From Nannocystis pusilla (lineage in GTDB: Bacteria; Myxococcota_A; Polyangia; Nannocystales; Nannocystaceae), in the NCBI RefSeq assembly GCF_049337375.1, contig NZ_JBMPIV010000001.1: a stretch of DNA of 64,000 bases. One strand, written 5' to 3'. The number at the start of each line of letters is the position of its first letter. Positions within the stretch are counted from its first letter, which is position 1. A program made the position numbers and the translations under genes. A model generated the notes under the pieces. The model saw only the letters and a program-made list of their open reading frames with translations, was not told where the DNA came from and did no database searches. This document shows positions 1-8,992 of the stretch, piece by piece.

Positions 1-1
1 C

Positions 2-565
2 CACGCGGCGGGCCCGCGCAAGGCGCTCGGGCTGCGCACGCTCTTCAATCTGGTCGGGCCGATGTGCAACCCCGCAGGGGTGCGCCGGCAGGTGATCGGC
101 GTGTTCGACCCGGCCAAGGTCGAGGCGATGGCGGCGGCCCTGGGCGCCCTCGGCAGCGAGCGCGTGTTCGTGGTCCACGGCTTCTTCGCCGGCGCGGACC
201 GGCCCGGGATCGACGACCTCAGCCCCGAGGGGCCGAGCACGGTGGCCGAGTGGCACCGCGGCGCGCTGCGCACGTACACGCTGCGCCCGGCCGACGCCGA
301 GCTGCCAGAGGTGCCGATCGCGGCGATCGCCGGCGAAGACGCGGCCGGCAACGCGAGCGCGCTGCGGGCCCTTCTGGCCGGCGAGCCGGGGGCCTACCGT
401 ACAAGTGTGCAGTACAGCGGGGCGCTGGCCCTGCTGGCGGCCGGGGACGACGGCATCGAGACGCTGCCGGCCAAGGCGCGGGCGATCGGCGCCGCGCTCG
501 AAGACGGCCGGGCCGCGGCGGTGCTCGACCGGCTCGTCGCCGCCAGCCGCGCTGCGCTACCCTGA
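2..565 (+). CDS. trpD: anthranilate phosphoribosyltransferase, C-terminal part (5' end cut by window edge)
   Basis: ORF 62-565 extends in frame to the window start. C-terminal TrpD-like sequence (..NPAG..VIGVFDP..). Directly followed by trpC and trpF. Confidence 0.8.
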   Translation, partial: HAAGPRKALGLRTLFNLVGPMCNPAGVRRQVIGVFDPAKVEAMAAALGALGSERVFVVHGFFAGADRPGIDDLSPEGPSTVAEWHRGALRTYTLRPADAELPEVPIAAIAGEDAAGNASALRALLAGEPGAYRTSVQYSGALALLAAGDDGIETLPAKARAIGAALEDGRAAAVLDRLVAASRAALP

Positions 566-574
566 GGGCAGGAC

Positions 575-1381
575 ATGAGCGACAAAGGCAGCACGTACCT
601 CGACAAGATCCTGGCCGCCAAGCGGGCCGAGCTCGCCGCCCCCCGGGCGACCCGCTCGGGAGCGCTGACCGACCGCGAGCTGATCGAGCTCGGCGCCCGC
701 CTCCCGCGCCCGCGCGACTTCATCGGCGCGCTGCGCGAGGGCCCGCGCCCGGGGATCATCGCCGAGTTCAAGCGCGCGTCGCCCAGCGCCGGCGTGCTGC
801 GCGAAGGCGCCGACGCGCGCCAGATCGCGATGCTCTACGCGGCCGGCGGCGCGACCTGCATGAGCGTGCTGTGCGACCGGCACTTTCAGGGCTCGCTCGA
901 AGACCTCCGGACGGTGCGCCAGAGCGTGGCGCTGCCGCTCCTGGCCAAGGACTTCATCCTCGAGAAGACGCAGATCGTCGAGGCCAAGCGGGTCGGCGCC
1001 GACTGCGTGCTGCTGATCGTCGCGGCCCTGCCGGCACCGCAGCTGCGCAACCTGATCGAGTTCTCCCACACGCTCGAGATGCAGGTGCTGTGCGAGACCC
1101 GCGACGAGGCGGAGATCGATCGCGCCATGGCAGCCGGGGCGAAGCTGATCGGGGTCAACTCGCGCGACCTGCAGACGTTCGAGCTCGACCCCGACCGCGC
1201 GGCCAAGCTGCGCAAGTACGTGCCCAAGAGCTTTACGTACGTGGCCGAGAGCGGGGTCCGGACGATCGACGACGCGCTGCGCCTGCGCGACTCGGGCGCC
1301 GACGCGCTGCTGATCGGCAGCTACTTCATGACGGCCGACCAGCCGGGCGAGGCGCTGCGCGACCTGGTGATGGCGCTGTGA
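575..1381 (+). CDS. trpC: indole-3-glycerol phosphate synthase
   Basis: 268 aa with conserved IGPS motifs (EFKRASPS, VLCDRHFQGS, LAKDFI, GVNSRDL). High GC3 codon usage. Confidence 0.9.
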   Translation: MSDKGSTYLDKILAAKRAELAAPRATRSGALTDRELIELGARLPRPRDFIGALREGPRPGIIAEFKRASPSAGVLREGADARQIAMLYAAGGATCMSVLCDRHFQGSLEDLRTVRQSVALPLLAKDFILEKTQIVEAKRVGADCVLLIVAALPAPQLRNLIEFSHTLEMQVLCETRDEAEIDRAMAAGAKLIGVNSRDLQTFELDPDRAAKLRKYVPKSFTYVAESGVRTIDDALRLRDSGADALLIGSYFMTADQPGEALRDLVMAL

Positions 1382-1442
1382 GGCTGGCCTTCAGACCCGG
1401 CGCGCCGGCGACCGACGGCGGGGGCGTGTGGCGCCTGGCTTC

Positions 1443-1482
1443 GGGGGCATGTTCTTCGGGACAGGGCGAGAAGGACAGGTCC
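1443..1482. repeat. CATG-core 14-bp repeat array (ggcatgttcttcgg/gacagggcgagaag/gacaggtcc) immediately upstream of the trpF start
   Basis: Seen in sequence; member of the dispersed family described in findings. Confidence 0.5.
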
Positions 1483-1484
1483 GC

Positions 1485-2114
1485 ATGGCGGTGAAGCTCA
1501 AGGTGTGCGGGGTGACCCGCGCCGAGGACCTGGCGGCCTGCGTCGAGCTGGGGGTCGATGCGGTCGGGATCAACCTGTGGAGCGGGTCGCGCCGCGGGCT
1601 GTCGCTGACCGAGGCGGAGGCGCTGCTGCGCGCGGTCGACCCGCCGCGCTCGCTCGAGCGCGTGGGAGTGTTCGTCGAGCCGTCGGCCGACGAGGTCCGC
1701 CGCGCGGCCGAGACGCTGGCGCTCGACCTCGTGCAGATCGTCGGCGCCGAAGAGGTGACGGGCCACGGGCTGCCGTATCTGTGGGTGGTCCGCGGCACGC
1801 CTGCCCTGGCCGAGCTGCTGCCGCCGACGCCCCGGCCGGCCCGGGCGCTGCTCGACGCGGCGGTGCCCGGCTACGGCGGGGCGGGCCAGACGACCGACTG
1901 GGGCTGGGCGGCGGCGGCGGTGCAGCAGCTCGCAGGGCTCGAGGTGTGGCTGGCCGGCGGGATCACGCCGGCCAACGCGGCCGAGGCGATCGCGCAGGTC
2001 CGCCCGGCGGGGCTCGACGTCGCCAGCGGGACGGAGTTGCCCGGGGCGCGCCGCGGGGAGAAGGACCGCGCGGCGATCGTGGCGCTGCTGGCGGCCTGTC
2101 GCGCGGCCACGTGA
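1485..2114 (+). CDS. trpF: phosphoribosylanthranilate isomerase
   Basis: MAVKLKVCGVTR N-terminus typical of TrpF. Internal ATG at 1485 chosen over the upstream GTG at 1428. Follows trpC. Confidence 0.85.
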   Translation: MAVKLKVCGVTRAEDLAACVELGVDAVGINLWSGSRRGLSLTEAEALLRAVDPPRSLERVGVFVEPSADEVRRAAETLALDLVQIVGAEEVTGHGLPYLWVVRGTPALAELLPPTPRPARALLDAAVPGYGGAGQTTDWGWAAAAVQQLAGLEVWLAGGITPANAAEAIAQVRPAGLDVASGTELPGARRGEKDRAAIVALLAACRAAT

Positions 2115-2121
2115 ACGATCG

Positions 2122-2200
2122 AGCATGCTCGGAAGGGCATGTTTGAAAGAGCATGTTTAAAAGAGCATGCTTGGAAGGATATGCCCGATCGGGCAGGTGC
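2122..2200. repeat. CATG-core 14-bp tandem array (gagcatgctcggaa gggcatgtttgaaa gagcatgtttaaaa gagcatgcttggaa ggatatgcccgatc gggcaggtgc)
   Basis: Five to six consecutive 14-bp units with strict phase, in the trpF-Mur ligase intergenic region. Confidence 0.8.
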
Positions 2201-2296
2201 AACGCCATCGAAGCGCCCGTGAGCGGGGGGTAGCGAACGAGCGTTGCGCTCGGTCTCGCGCGAGACGAGCGTCGGCGGTCCGGGTATGCTCGCCCG

Positions 2297-3550
2297 GTGA
2301 CGAGCGTCTCGCGGCCGGTGCCGGCGGCGGCTCCGTGGGCGGAGTCGATGTTCTCGTTCGGGGTCACCGGCACCAACGGCAAGACGTCGACGACGTGGAT
2401 GCTGGCGGCGGCGGTGCGGGCGGCCGACCTGTCGGTGCTGCGAGTGTCGACGCTCGGGGTCGCGTTCGACGACGAGGCGTGGCCGCGCGGCAAGCGGTTC
2501 ACCGACTTCGTGACCACGCTGGCGCGGGCGCACGAGCGCGGGGCCAGGCACGCGGTGATCGAGACGACCAGCCACGCGCTGGCGCAGGGCTACGCGCGCA
2601 GTTGGCGGTTCGACCTCGGGGTGTTCACCAACCTGTCGGTCGATCACTTCGGCACGCACGGCAGCTGGGAGCACTACCTGGCGGCCAAGGCCCAGCTGTT
2701 CATGCACCTGGGACCCGGGCGCGTGGCGGTGCTCAACGCGGCCGACAAGCACGCGCTGTTCGTCGACCAGGCGATCCCCGCCGACGTGGAGCGGCGGTGG
2801 TTCGCGGCGCCGGGTCGCGGGCCGCGGCTGCGCGCGGCGGACCTCGAGGCCGAGGCGATCGAGGTCGAGGCGACGGGGACGCGGGTGGTGTTGCGCCCGT
2901 CACCGGCCGCGGAGGCGCTCGGCGGGGCGCTCTTCACCAGGATGGTGGGCGAGGTGTTCGCCGAGAACGCGCTGGCGGCCGCGCTCGCGGGGCTCGCGGC
3001 CGGGCTGCCGGGCGAGGCAGTGGCGCGCGGGATCGCCGGCTGCCCGATCGTGCCGGGGCGCTTCGAGGTGCTGGCCCACGGATCCGGCCGGGCGACGATC
3101 GCGGTCGACTACGCGCACTCGCCCGACGCGCTGACGCACACGTGCGCGACGGCGCGGCAGCTCGTGGGGCCGCAGGGGCGGGTGTTCGTGGTGTTCGGCG
3201 CGGGCGGCAACGCGACGCCGGAGAAGCGCGCGCCGATGGGCGCGGCCGTCGGCGCGCTGGCCGACGTGGCGCTGGTGACGAGCGACAACCCGCGCGACGA
3301 GGCGCCGGAGGCGATCGCGGCCGCAGTGGCGGAAGGGCTGCAGGGCGGCCGCGCGGGGTGGTCGATCGTGCTCGACCGCGGGCAGGCGATCGCGGAGGCG
3401 ATCGCGGCGGCCGGGGCCGGCGATGTGGTGGTGATCGCGGGCAAGGGGCACGAGGAGGGGCAGACGGCGCGCGGGCAGACGCGGCCGTTCTCGGACGTCG
3501 CGGAGGTGCGGCGGCTCGTCGAAGGTCGGGACATGCCCGAAGGGACATGA
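2297..3550 (+). CDS. Mur ligase family protein (MurE-like central and C-terminal domains; no N-terminal domain)
   Basis: GVTGTNGKTSTT P-loop, DNPRDE motif and the C-terminal ..AGKGHEEGQ.. motif typical of MurE/MurF. Not in a dcw cluster. Start could be a downstream Met (MFSFGVTG). Confidence 0.7.
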   Translation: MTSVSRPVPAAAPWAESMFSFGVTGTNGKTSTTWMLAAAVRAADLSVLRVSTLGVAFDDEAWPRGKRFTDFVTTLARAHERGARHAVIETTSHALAQGYARSWRFDLGVFTNLSVDHFGTHGSWEHYLAAKAQLFMHLGPGRVAVLNAADKHALFVDQAIPADVERRWFAAPGRGPRLRAADLEAEAIEVEATGTRVVLRPSPAAEALGGALFTRMVGEVFAENALAAALAGLAAGLPGEAVARGIAGCPIVPGRFEVLAHGSGRATIAVDYAHSPDALTHTCATARQLVGPQGRVFVVFGAGGNATPEKRAPMGAAVGALADVALVTSDNPRDEAPEAIAAAVAEGLQGGRAGWSIVLDRGQAIAEAIAAAGAGDVVVIAGKGHEEGQTARGQTRPFSDVAEVRRLVEGRDMPEGT

Positions 3551-3616
3551 CCGCGGGGGCCTGTCGGGGCGGAGGTCGGAGCATGCCCTTTCGTGCATGT
3601 CCCCAGGGACATCCGG
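3528..3616. repeat. CATG-core 14-bp repeat array overlapping the Mur ligase stop codon (gggacatgcccgaa gggacatgaccgcg ... gagcatgccctttcgtgcatgtcccc agggacatcc)
   Basis: Seen in sequence. The last residues of the Mur ligase (..RDMPEGT*) are encoded by repeat units. Confidence 0.7.
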
Positions 3617-3727
3617 AACGCGGCGGCGAGGTCGCCTGCGTCCGCTTTCGGGTGGCCGGGAACGACCGGGCCGTTCAGGATCGGCCCCGGCCAGGCGCTC
3701 GTCGGGTTGTGAGCATCGGATGACCGA

Positions 3728-3840
3728 AAGGACATGTCCATCAGGCCATCCGATCGCGCCGCGCGTCGTGGGGCACGTCCGGGTCCACGAGGGCGACGGC
3801 GCGAGCGAAGGGACATGCCCTCTCGCGCATGTCCCGAGGG
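3728..3840. repeat. two CATG-core repeat clusters (aaaggacatgtccat ... gaagggacatgccctctcgcgcatgtcccgaggg) adjacent to the stop of the LDLa lipoprotein gene
   Basis: Seen in sequence. Confidence 0.6.
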
Positions 3841-3845
3841 TCATC

Positions 3846-4454
3846 TCAGCAGTCGGCCTCGTCGGCGCCGTCGGGGCAGTCCTCGGCCATGTCGCACTTC
3901 CAGGTCGCCGGGATCTCGGTGCCGTTGGTGCAGACGAAGGCCTCGAGGCCGCAGCCGGTGACCTCGTCGGAGTTGTCGAGGCAGTCGGGGACCTCGTCGC
4001 AGGCCCAGGTCGCGGGGATCTCCTTCTTGTCGGTGCAAGTGAAGGCCTCGAGGCCGCAGCCGCTGACCTCGTCGGAGCCGTCGGGACAGTCAGGGTTCTC
4101 GTCGCAGACCCACGCGGGGTTCTCGAGCGCGGTGCCGTCGCTGCAGACGAAGCCGTCGCCGGTGGTGCCCGCGGTGGTGCCCGCGGTGGCCTCGGTCGTG
4201 CTGGTGGGGGCCTCGGTGGTCGTCGGCGCGCTGGTGCCGGTGTCGGTGCCGGTGCCGGTGGCGTCGGTGGTCTCGCCAGCCGTGCCGGTGCTGGTCGTGT
4301 CGTCCGTGGTGCCGGCGGTGCTTTCGGTCGTGGTCGTCTCGGGGCCGATGTTGGTGTCGGAGAGACCGCCGAGGTTGATCGTGCAGCCGGCTGTGGCGAC
4401 GCCCTGACTCATGAGCGCGGCGACGGACAAAAATTTGGCGAGGTCGATGTTCAT
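3846..4454 (-). CDS. lipoprotein with Thr/Gly-rich linker and three LDL-receptor class A-like Cys-rich modules
   Basis: Start MNIDLAKFLSVAALMSQGVATAGC has a signal peptide and lipobox. It is followed by a T/G/S/E-rich low-complexity linker and three modules of the form W(V/A/K)CDExPDCxDGSDE..GCGLEAF(T/V)C, which match the spacing of LDLa ligand-binding repeats. Confidence 0.6.
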   Translation of the reverse strand: MNIDLAKFLSVAALMSQGVATAGCTINLGGLSDTNIGPETTTTESTAGTTDDTTSTGTAGETTDATGTGTDTGTSAPTTTEAPTSTTEATAGTTAGTTGDGFVCSDGTALENPAWVCDENPDCPDGSDEVSGCGLEAFTCTDKKEIPATWACDEVPDCLDNSDEVTGCGLEAFVCTNGTEIPATWKCDMAEDCPDGADEADC

Positions 4455-4522
4455 CGTGCCGGCGAATGTGCCACGGGCCGGCGCGCAGGGGCGCGCACGG
4501 CCGCTTTCCCGGCGCGCGCGAT

Positions 4523-5023
4523 TCAGGTCGGCGCGAGGCGGACGGTGACCTCTGCGCTCGGATCGAAGGGCGAGCCCTTGACGTCGGCGATGCATTTGAC
4601 GACGAGCCGCACCCGCGGATCACGGGTGGCGGCGTTCGGGTCGGGGAAGCCGTTGCGCGCGAGGATGCCGGCGAGGTCGACCTCGCTCACCATCCACGGC
4701 TGGGTGATGACCTGCCCGGGCTTGAGATCGCAAGGCATCTTGAGGCAGCTGTCCGAGTAGCTGACGTTCGGATCGGGATCCTTCTCGGCGCGGGCGAGGT
4801 TCGGCGAGTCGATGTCGTCCTTCTTGATGTACAGCCACACCTCGTACTTGGTCGCCAGCAAGGTGCACTCCTGCTGCGCGGTGATCACCATGGTGCCCTT
4901 GAGGACGGAGTCGGTGACCGGGAAGGTGGCGGTCTCCGCCGGTTGACGCTCGATGACCGTGATGGCGACGCTCGCCATGTTCTTGCCGCCGAGGAACTGC
5001 TTGGCCTTGTCGAAGAATCCCAT
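4523..5023 (-). CDS. hypothetical protein
   Basis: ORF 4523-5197. Start placed at the internal Met (MGFFDKAKQFLGG...). Coding-like composition, no recognisable family. Confidence 0.4.
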   Translation of the reverse strand: MGFFDKAKQFLGGKNMASVAITVIERQPAETATFPVTDSVLKGTMVITAQQECTLLATKYEVWLYIKKDDIDSPNLARAEKDPDPNVSYSDSCLKMPCDLKPGQVITQPWMVSEVDLAGILARNGFPDPNAATRDPRVRLVVKCIADVKGSPFDPSAEVTVRLAPT

Positions 5024-5200
5024 GGCGACGAGAGGTACCACGTCGCCAGGGGCGCGACGAATCCGCGCAGCGATTGGAAGCGCCGCGAGGCGGTGCGATT
5101 CGTGGTGGTCGGGCGACTCGCTCGGGTCGCTGACGACGGTCGTGCGCCGCGGAAATCGACGTTCCGCGGCGATCCGCCCACTTCGTCCGACATGCATGAT

Positions 5201-6286
5201 TCAGCCGAGGCTGACGCGGACGGGTGGGGCGAAGGCGGGCGGGCGATCACTGACTGCGGCGCCGTGCACCGCGGCCTGGTAGCGGTCGCCGAACATCGCG
5301 TACGGGGTGGTGACGGGCGGCGCGCTGGCCTCGTCGAGGCGGCGCAGGAGCTCGGGCGGGATCTGGAGGTCGAGCGCGCCGAGGTTGTCCTCGAGCTGCT
5401 CGGGCCGCGTGGCGCCCAGGATCACCGAGGTGACGCCCGGACGCGTGAGCACCCACTGCAGCGCGACCTGGGCCATGCTGCGTCCGAGCTCGCCGGCGAC
5501 GGACTCGAGCGCGCCGACGATCTGCCAGTTGCGCTCGGTGAACAGGCTGAGCGACTTGCCGGTGCCGGTGTTGAGCCGGCCGCCGCCGCCGTCGCTGTTG
5601 GGGCGGTACTTGCCCGACAGGAGGCCGCTGGCGAGCGGACTCCAGGCGGTGATGCCCATGCCGAGGTTGGTGGCGAGCGAGGTGAACTCGGCCTCGATGC
5701 CGCGCTCGACCAGCGAGTACTGCAGCTGCAAGTTGACGATCGGCGCGAGGGCGTGGGCCTCGGCGTAGGTCTGGGCCCGCGCGGCGTACCAGGCGGGGAC
5801 GTCGGACAGGCCGGCGTAGCGGATCTTGCCGGCGCGCACGAGGTCGTCGAAGGCGCGCACGACCTCCTCGGCGGGGGTGATCCGGTCCCAGGTGTGAAGC
5901 AGGTAGAGATCGAGGTAGTCGGTCCGCAGGCGCTTGAGCGAGGCCTCGAGGGCGCGGATCATGTTCTTGCGCCCGTTGCCGCCGGCGTTGGGGTCGCGCT
6001 CGGCGAGGTTGTAGCTGTACTTGCTGGTGAGCACGAGGCGATCGCGGTGGCCGTCGGCGATGAACTCGCCGAGCAGCGACTCGCTGGTGCCGCGGGTGTA
6101 GAGGTCGGCGGTGTCGATGAAGTTGCCGCCGGCGGCGACGTAGCGATCGAACACGGCGCGCGCGGCCTGCTTGCTCGAGCCCCAGGCGCCGTACGGGCCG
6201 TCGGTGCCGAAGGTCAGGGTGCCGAGGGCGAACGGGCTGACGCGCAGGCCGGAGCGGCCGAGCAGGTAGTATTGATCGAGAGACAT
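5201..6286 (-). CDS. aldo/keto reductase (Tas/YajO-like NADP-dependent oxidoreductase)
   Basis: 361 aa with AKR signature regions (GTLTFG, IDTADLY, LYLLHTWD, ILGATRPEQLEDN). Confidence 0.85.
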   Translation of the reverse strand: MSLDQYYLLGRSGLRVSPFALGTLTFGTDGPYGAWGSSKQAARAVFDRYVAAGGNFIDTADLYTRGTSESLLGEFIADGHRDRLVLTSKYSYNLAERDPNAGGNGRKNMIRALEASLKRLRTDYLDLYLLHTWDRITPAEEVVRAFDDLVRAGKIRYAGLSDVPAWYAARAQTYAEAHALAPIVNLQLQYSLVERGIEAEFTSLATNLGMGITAWSPLASGLLSGKYRPNSDGGGGRLNTGTGKSLSLFTERNWQIVGALESVAGELGRSMAQVALQWVLTRPGVTSVILGATRPEQLEDNLGALDLQIPPELLRRLDEASAPPVTTPYAMFGDRYQAAVHGAAVSDRPPAFAPPVRVSLG

Positions 6287-6296
6287 GGCGAATCAC

Positions 6297-6540
6297 TCCT
6301 GTCGACGACGGCCGCCCCGGGCGGCGCGTCGCGACTGTCACGAACGGTTGTGGACGATGCAGTCGACGACGGCCGCTGATGCGGAGCGTCGCGGGCTGTC
6401 ACGAGCGGTGGGTTGTGGGCGATGCAGTCGACGGCGGCCGCTGATGCGGAGCGTCGCGGGCTGTCACGAGCGGTGGGTTGTGGGCGATGCGGTCGACGAC
6501 GGCCGCTGATGCGGAGCGTCGCGGGCTGTCACGAGCGACG
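6297..6540. repeat. tandem repeat, about 65-bp unit x about 3.7 copies (gcagtcgacgacggccgctgatgcggagcgtcgcgggctgtcacgagcggtgggttgtgggcgat)
   Basis: Direct tandem copies are readable in the sequence and in the repeating spurious ORF translations (..TAADAERRGLSRAVGCGRC..). Lies between the tetR stop and the AKR start. Confidence 0.85.
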
Positions 6541-6557
6541 TGTTATGGACTATGGAG

Positions 6558-7160
6558 TCAAGAACTGGTGGAGGGCGGTGCGGTCCGGAGGGCGGCGATG
6601 GCGAAGCCGGCGACGGCCCGCAGAGCCTCGGGGGCGGCGCCGGTGCGGGCGCTGACCCGCAGGCCCTGCAGGGTGGAGAGGAGGAAGCGGCCGGCGCCGC
6701 GCTCGTCGACGTGCGCGCCGACCTCGCCGCGGCGCTTGGCCTCGGCGACCATGCGCTCGAAGGCGGCCTCGCACAGGGCAGTGGCGCTGCGCGCCAGGGT
6801 CACGACCTCGGGGTCGCGCCGGGCCATCTCGATGATCGACTGGATGCCGAAGCAGCCCCGCGCCCGGCCCTCGGCGGTGTCTCCGGCCACGCCGAGCAGG
6901 ATGTCCTCGATCGCGCCCAGCGGCGAGGCGACGGCCCGCAGCCGCTCCAGCAGGTCGGCGCCCTGACGCGCCTGGTAGCGCTCCAGCGCGGCGAGGTAGA
7001 GGCCGTGCTTGTCGCCGAAGGCGGCGTACATGCTCTGGCGCCCGATCCCCATGGCCTGCAGGAGCTGCTCGGTCGAGGTGCCGTCGTAGCCGTGCTCCCA
7101 GAACACGGCCATGGCCCGCTCGATGGCCTCGTCTCGGTCGAACTCGCGTGGCCGGGGCAT
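6558..7160 (-). CDS. TetR/AcrR family transcriptional regulator
   Basis: N-terminal HTH (REFDRDEAIERAMAVFWEHGYDGTSTEQLLQAMGIGRQSMYAAFGDKHGLY) typical of TetR. Start set at the Met before this motif. Confidence 0.8.
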   Translation of the reverse strand: MPRPREFDRDEAIERAMAVFWEHGYDGTSTEQLLQAMGIGRQSMYAAFGDKHGLYLAALERYQARQGADLLERLRAVASPLGAIEDILLGVAGDTAEGRARGCFGIQSIIEMARRDPEVVTLARSATALCEAAFERMVAEAKRRGEVGAHVDERGAGRFLLSTLQGLRVSARTGAAPEALRAVAGFAIAALRTAPPSTSS

Positions 7161-7180
7161 GCATGGAAAGCTAAGCGTTC

Positions 7181-7196
7181 TTGACTGTGCTGTCAA
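7181..7196. promoter_or_regulatory. inverted repeat TTGAC-N6-GTCAA in an AT-richer leader upstream of tetR; candidate operator/promoter element
   Basis: ttgactgtgctgtcaa sits in the only AT-rich stretch of the region (7170-7230), about 20 bp upstream of the tetR start on the minus strand. TetR proteins usually bind palindromic operators. Inference only. Confidence 0.3.
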
Positions 7197-7344
7197 AATT
7201 AAATGTGAAATGGCGCGAAGGGCGCGGGTTTTTTGGAGGGCCGCCATACGCAGGCGTCCCACGCGAGGCCCGCGGTGAGGCTCGAACGAGGGACGGTGAC
7301 GCTTCATCGCCTGGTTCGACCGTGGCGGCGCGACGCGATGACGG

Positions 7345-7402
7345 AGAGCATGTTCTATTGAACATGCTCTCATAGACATGCTCGATCGGGCATGTCTCCG
7401 AG
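7345..7402. repeat. CATG-core repeat array including the perfect palindrome gagcatgttctattgaacatgctc followed by atagacatgctcgatcgggcatgtctcc
   Basis: Seen in sequence. Confidence 0.7.
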
Positions 7403-7521
7403 GACGATCCGCGAAGGAGCGGGCGGGCTCGCTCAGCGACCGCTGGCAGGGCCGGGGCGGAACGAGTCGACGAAGCGGCGCGGCTCTTCGGCGCGCTCGC
7501 GGGCCTGCGCGGGCCGGCCGG

Positions 7522-8871
7522 TCAGCGGCCGCTGGCGGGACCCGGGCGGAACGAGTCGACGAAGCGGCGCAGCTCGTCGGCGCGCTCGCGGGCCTGCGCG
7601 CGCGGGACCTCGCCGACGATCACGCAGGTGGCGTCGGCGACGGTGACCGCGCGGACGAGGCCGTGGGCCTTGTCGGTGGTGAGCGTGCCCTCGAGGCCGG
7701 CGGTGCCCTCGACCTCGATCGCACGCACGTCCTGGAGGCGCATGGTGTCGACGATGCCGCGCAGCTCGTCGGCGGGCGTGCGGCCGGCGACAGGCTTGGC
7801 CCTCGCGCTGCACGTGACGAGCCGCGAGACGTCGCCGGGCTGCTTGAGCGCGAGCATGCGGGTGGTCATGGCGACACCGTCGGCGGTGATGAAGCTCTGG
7901 CGCTGCGCGTTGGGCCGCCGGGGGAAGACGGCGGAGAAGCCCACGTCGGGGAAGGCCCAGCGGACCTGCGAGCCCTCGCGCCCGACCTCGACCGCCTGGA
8001 GGGCTCCGGCCGCGACCGCGGCGAGCACGGCCTCCTGCTGCTCGAGGTGCTCGCGGAGCTCCTCGGCGAGGGCGTCGACGCGGGGGTGCGGCTCGCGATC
8101 GGGGGCGAAGGCGGTGCGCAACGCGGCGAGCTCGGTGGCGGGGACGTCGGCGGCTGCGAGGCGATCGGCGAGGTCGAGGATCCGGTCGCGCTCCTCGGGG
8201 AGGAACCAGGGAGCGACGAGGTCGCCGAGCGGAGCGAAGGTGGCGACCGCGGCGGCAGGGGCGATGGTGTCCGAAAGGGAGAGGGCGCTGGCGAGGACGT
8301 CGTGGACGCCGCGCGCGAGGTGAAAGCGGGCCTCGACGAAGCTGCGGCGAGAGGCGTCGTCGCTCGCGAGTCGGTCGACACGAAGGGCGGACTCTTTAAA
8401 AAAGGCCGCGGCGACGGCGAGGTACTCGTGTCCGGATTCGCCGCGCGTGAGCGCCCGGGCGGCGTAGAGCTGCAAGATGTCGGCGAGGGCCAGGTGCAGC
8501 GCGGTGAGCTCGTCGGGGTTGGCGGTCTTGCGAACGGCGGCCGCGACGGCGTCGAGAGCGACGAGGTGCCGCAGCCATTCGGCGTCGGGTCCGTCGAGGC
8601 GCGGCAGCAGCTCGGGGCGCTCGCGCTCGAGGCGGACGAAGGCGTCGCGGACTCTTTGATAGTCCTGCGCGGTCCAGGGGGCGTCGGCGGCCGGGAGGTC
8701 GTAGGTCCGCCGTAGCTCGCTCGTCGGCTCGTCCTGCGGGGCGTCGACGCTGGCGGGAGCCGTGGTCTCGGCGCTGCGCCGGCAGGCCGCGAGCAGGACG
8801 AGGAGGAGCAACAGCCTTCGACCCGCGCCTTGCGAGCGACGGCGCGGCGCGAACGGGATCGAAGCGAGCAT
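7522..8871 (-). CDS. hypothetical lipoprotein
   Basis: ORF 7522-8934. Start at MLASIPFAPRRR..LLLLLVLLAAC (signal peptide plus lipobox). Alpha-helical Ala/Leu-rich sequence, no family recognised. Confidence 0.55.
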   Translation of the reverse strand: MLASIPFAPRRRSQGAGRRLLLLLVLLAACRRSAETTAPASVDAPQDEPTSELRRTYDLPAADAPWTAQDYQRVRDAFVRLERERPELLPRLDGPDAEWLRHLVALDAVAAAVRKTANPDELTALHLALADILQLYAARALTRGESGHEYLAVAAAFFKESALRVDRLASDDASRRSFVEARFHLARGVHDVLASALSLSDTIAPAAAVATFAPLGDLVAPWFLPEERDRILDLADRLAAADVPATELAALRTAFAPDREPHPRVDALAEELREHLEQQEAVLAAVAAGALQAVEVGREGSQVRWAFPDVGFSAVFPRRPNAQRQSFITADGVAMTTRMLALKQPGDVSRLVTCSARAKPVAGRTPADELRGIVDTMRLQDVRAIEVEGTAGLEGTLTTDKAHGLVRAVTVADATCVIVGEVPRAQARERADELRRFVDSFRPGPASGR

Positions 8872-8992
8872 CTGCGATGGACGATACAACGGCCGGGCCG
8901 GAGGCGCACGGACGAGGCACGCGAGGTGCCACAAAGCGGCGAGGCCAGGCGCTCACGGGCGGGACGCAGCGCGAGCGGGACGCGGGACGCCA

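Noticed and set aside
64-1494. 476-aa ORF overlapping trpD and trpC in another frame, plus many similar long Arg/Gly/Pro-rich ORFs (2167-3723, 2900-3844, 5247-6341, 15415-17271, 17437-19482, 30325-31887 and others)
   Set aside because: Typical high-GC artefacts. Their translations are low-complexity R/G/P/A-rich and they overlap well-supported conserved genes on the same or opposite strand.
6285-6966. Small overlapping ORFs (6285-6509, 6413-6655, 6478-6966) with the repeating peptide ..TAADAERRGLSRAVGCGRC..
   Set aside because: They are translations of the 65-bp tandem repeat in shifting frames, not genes.
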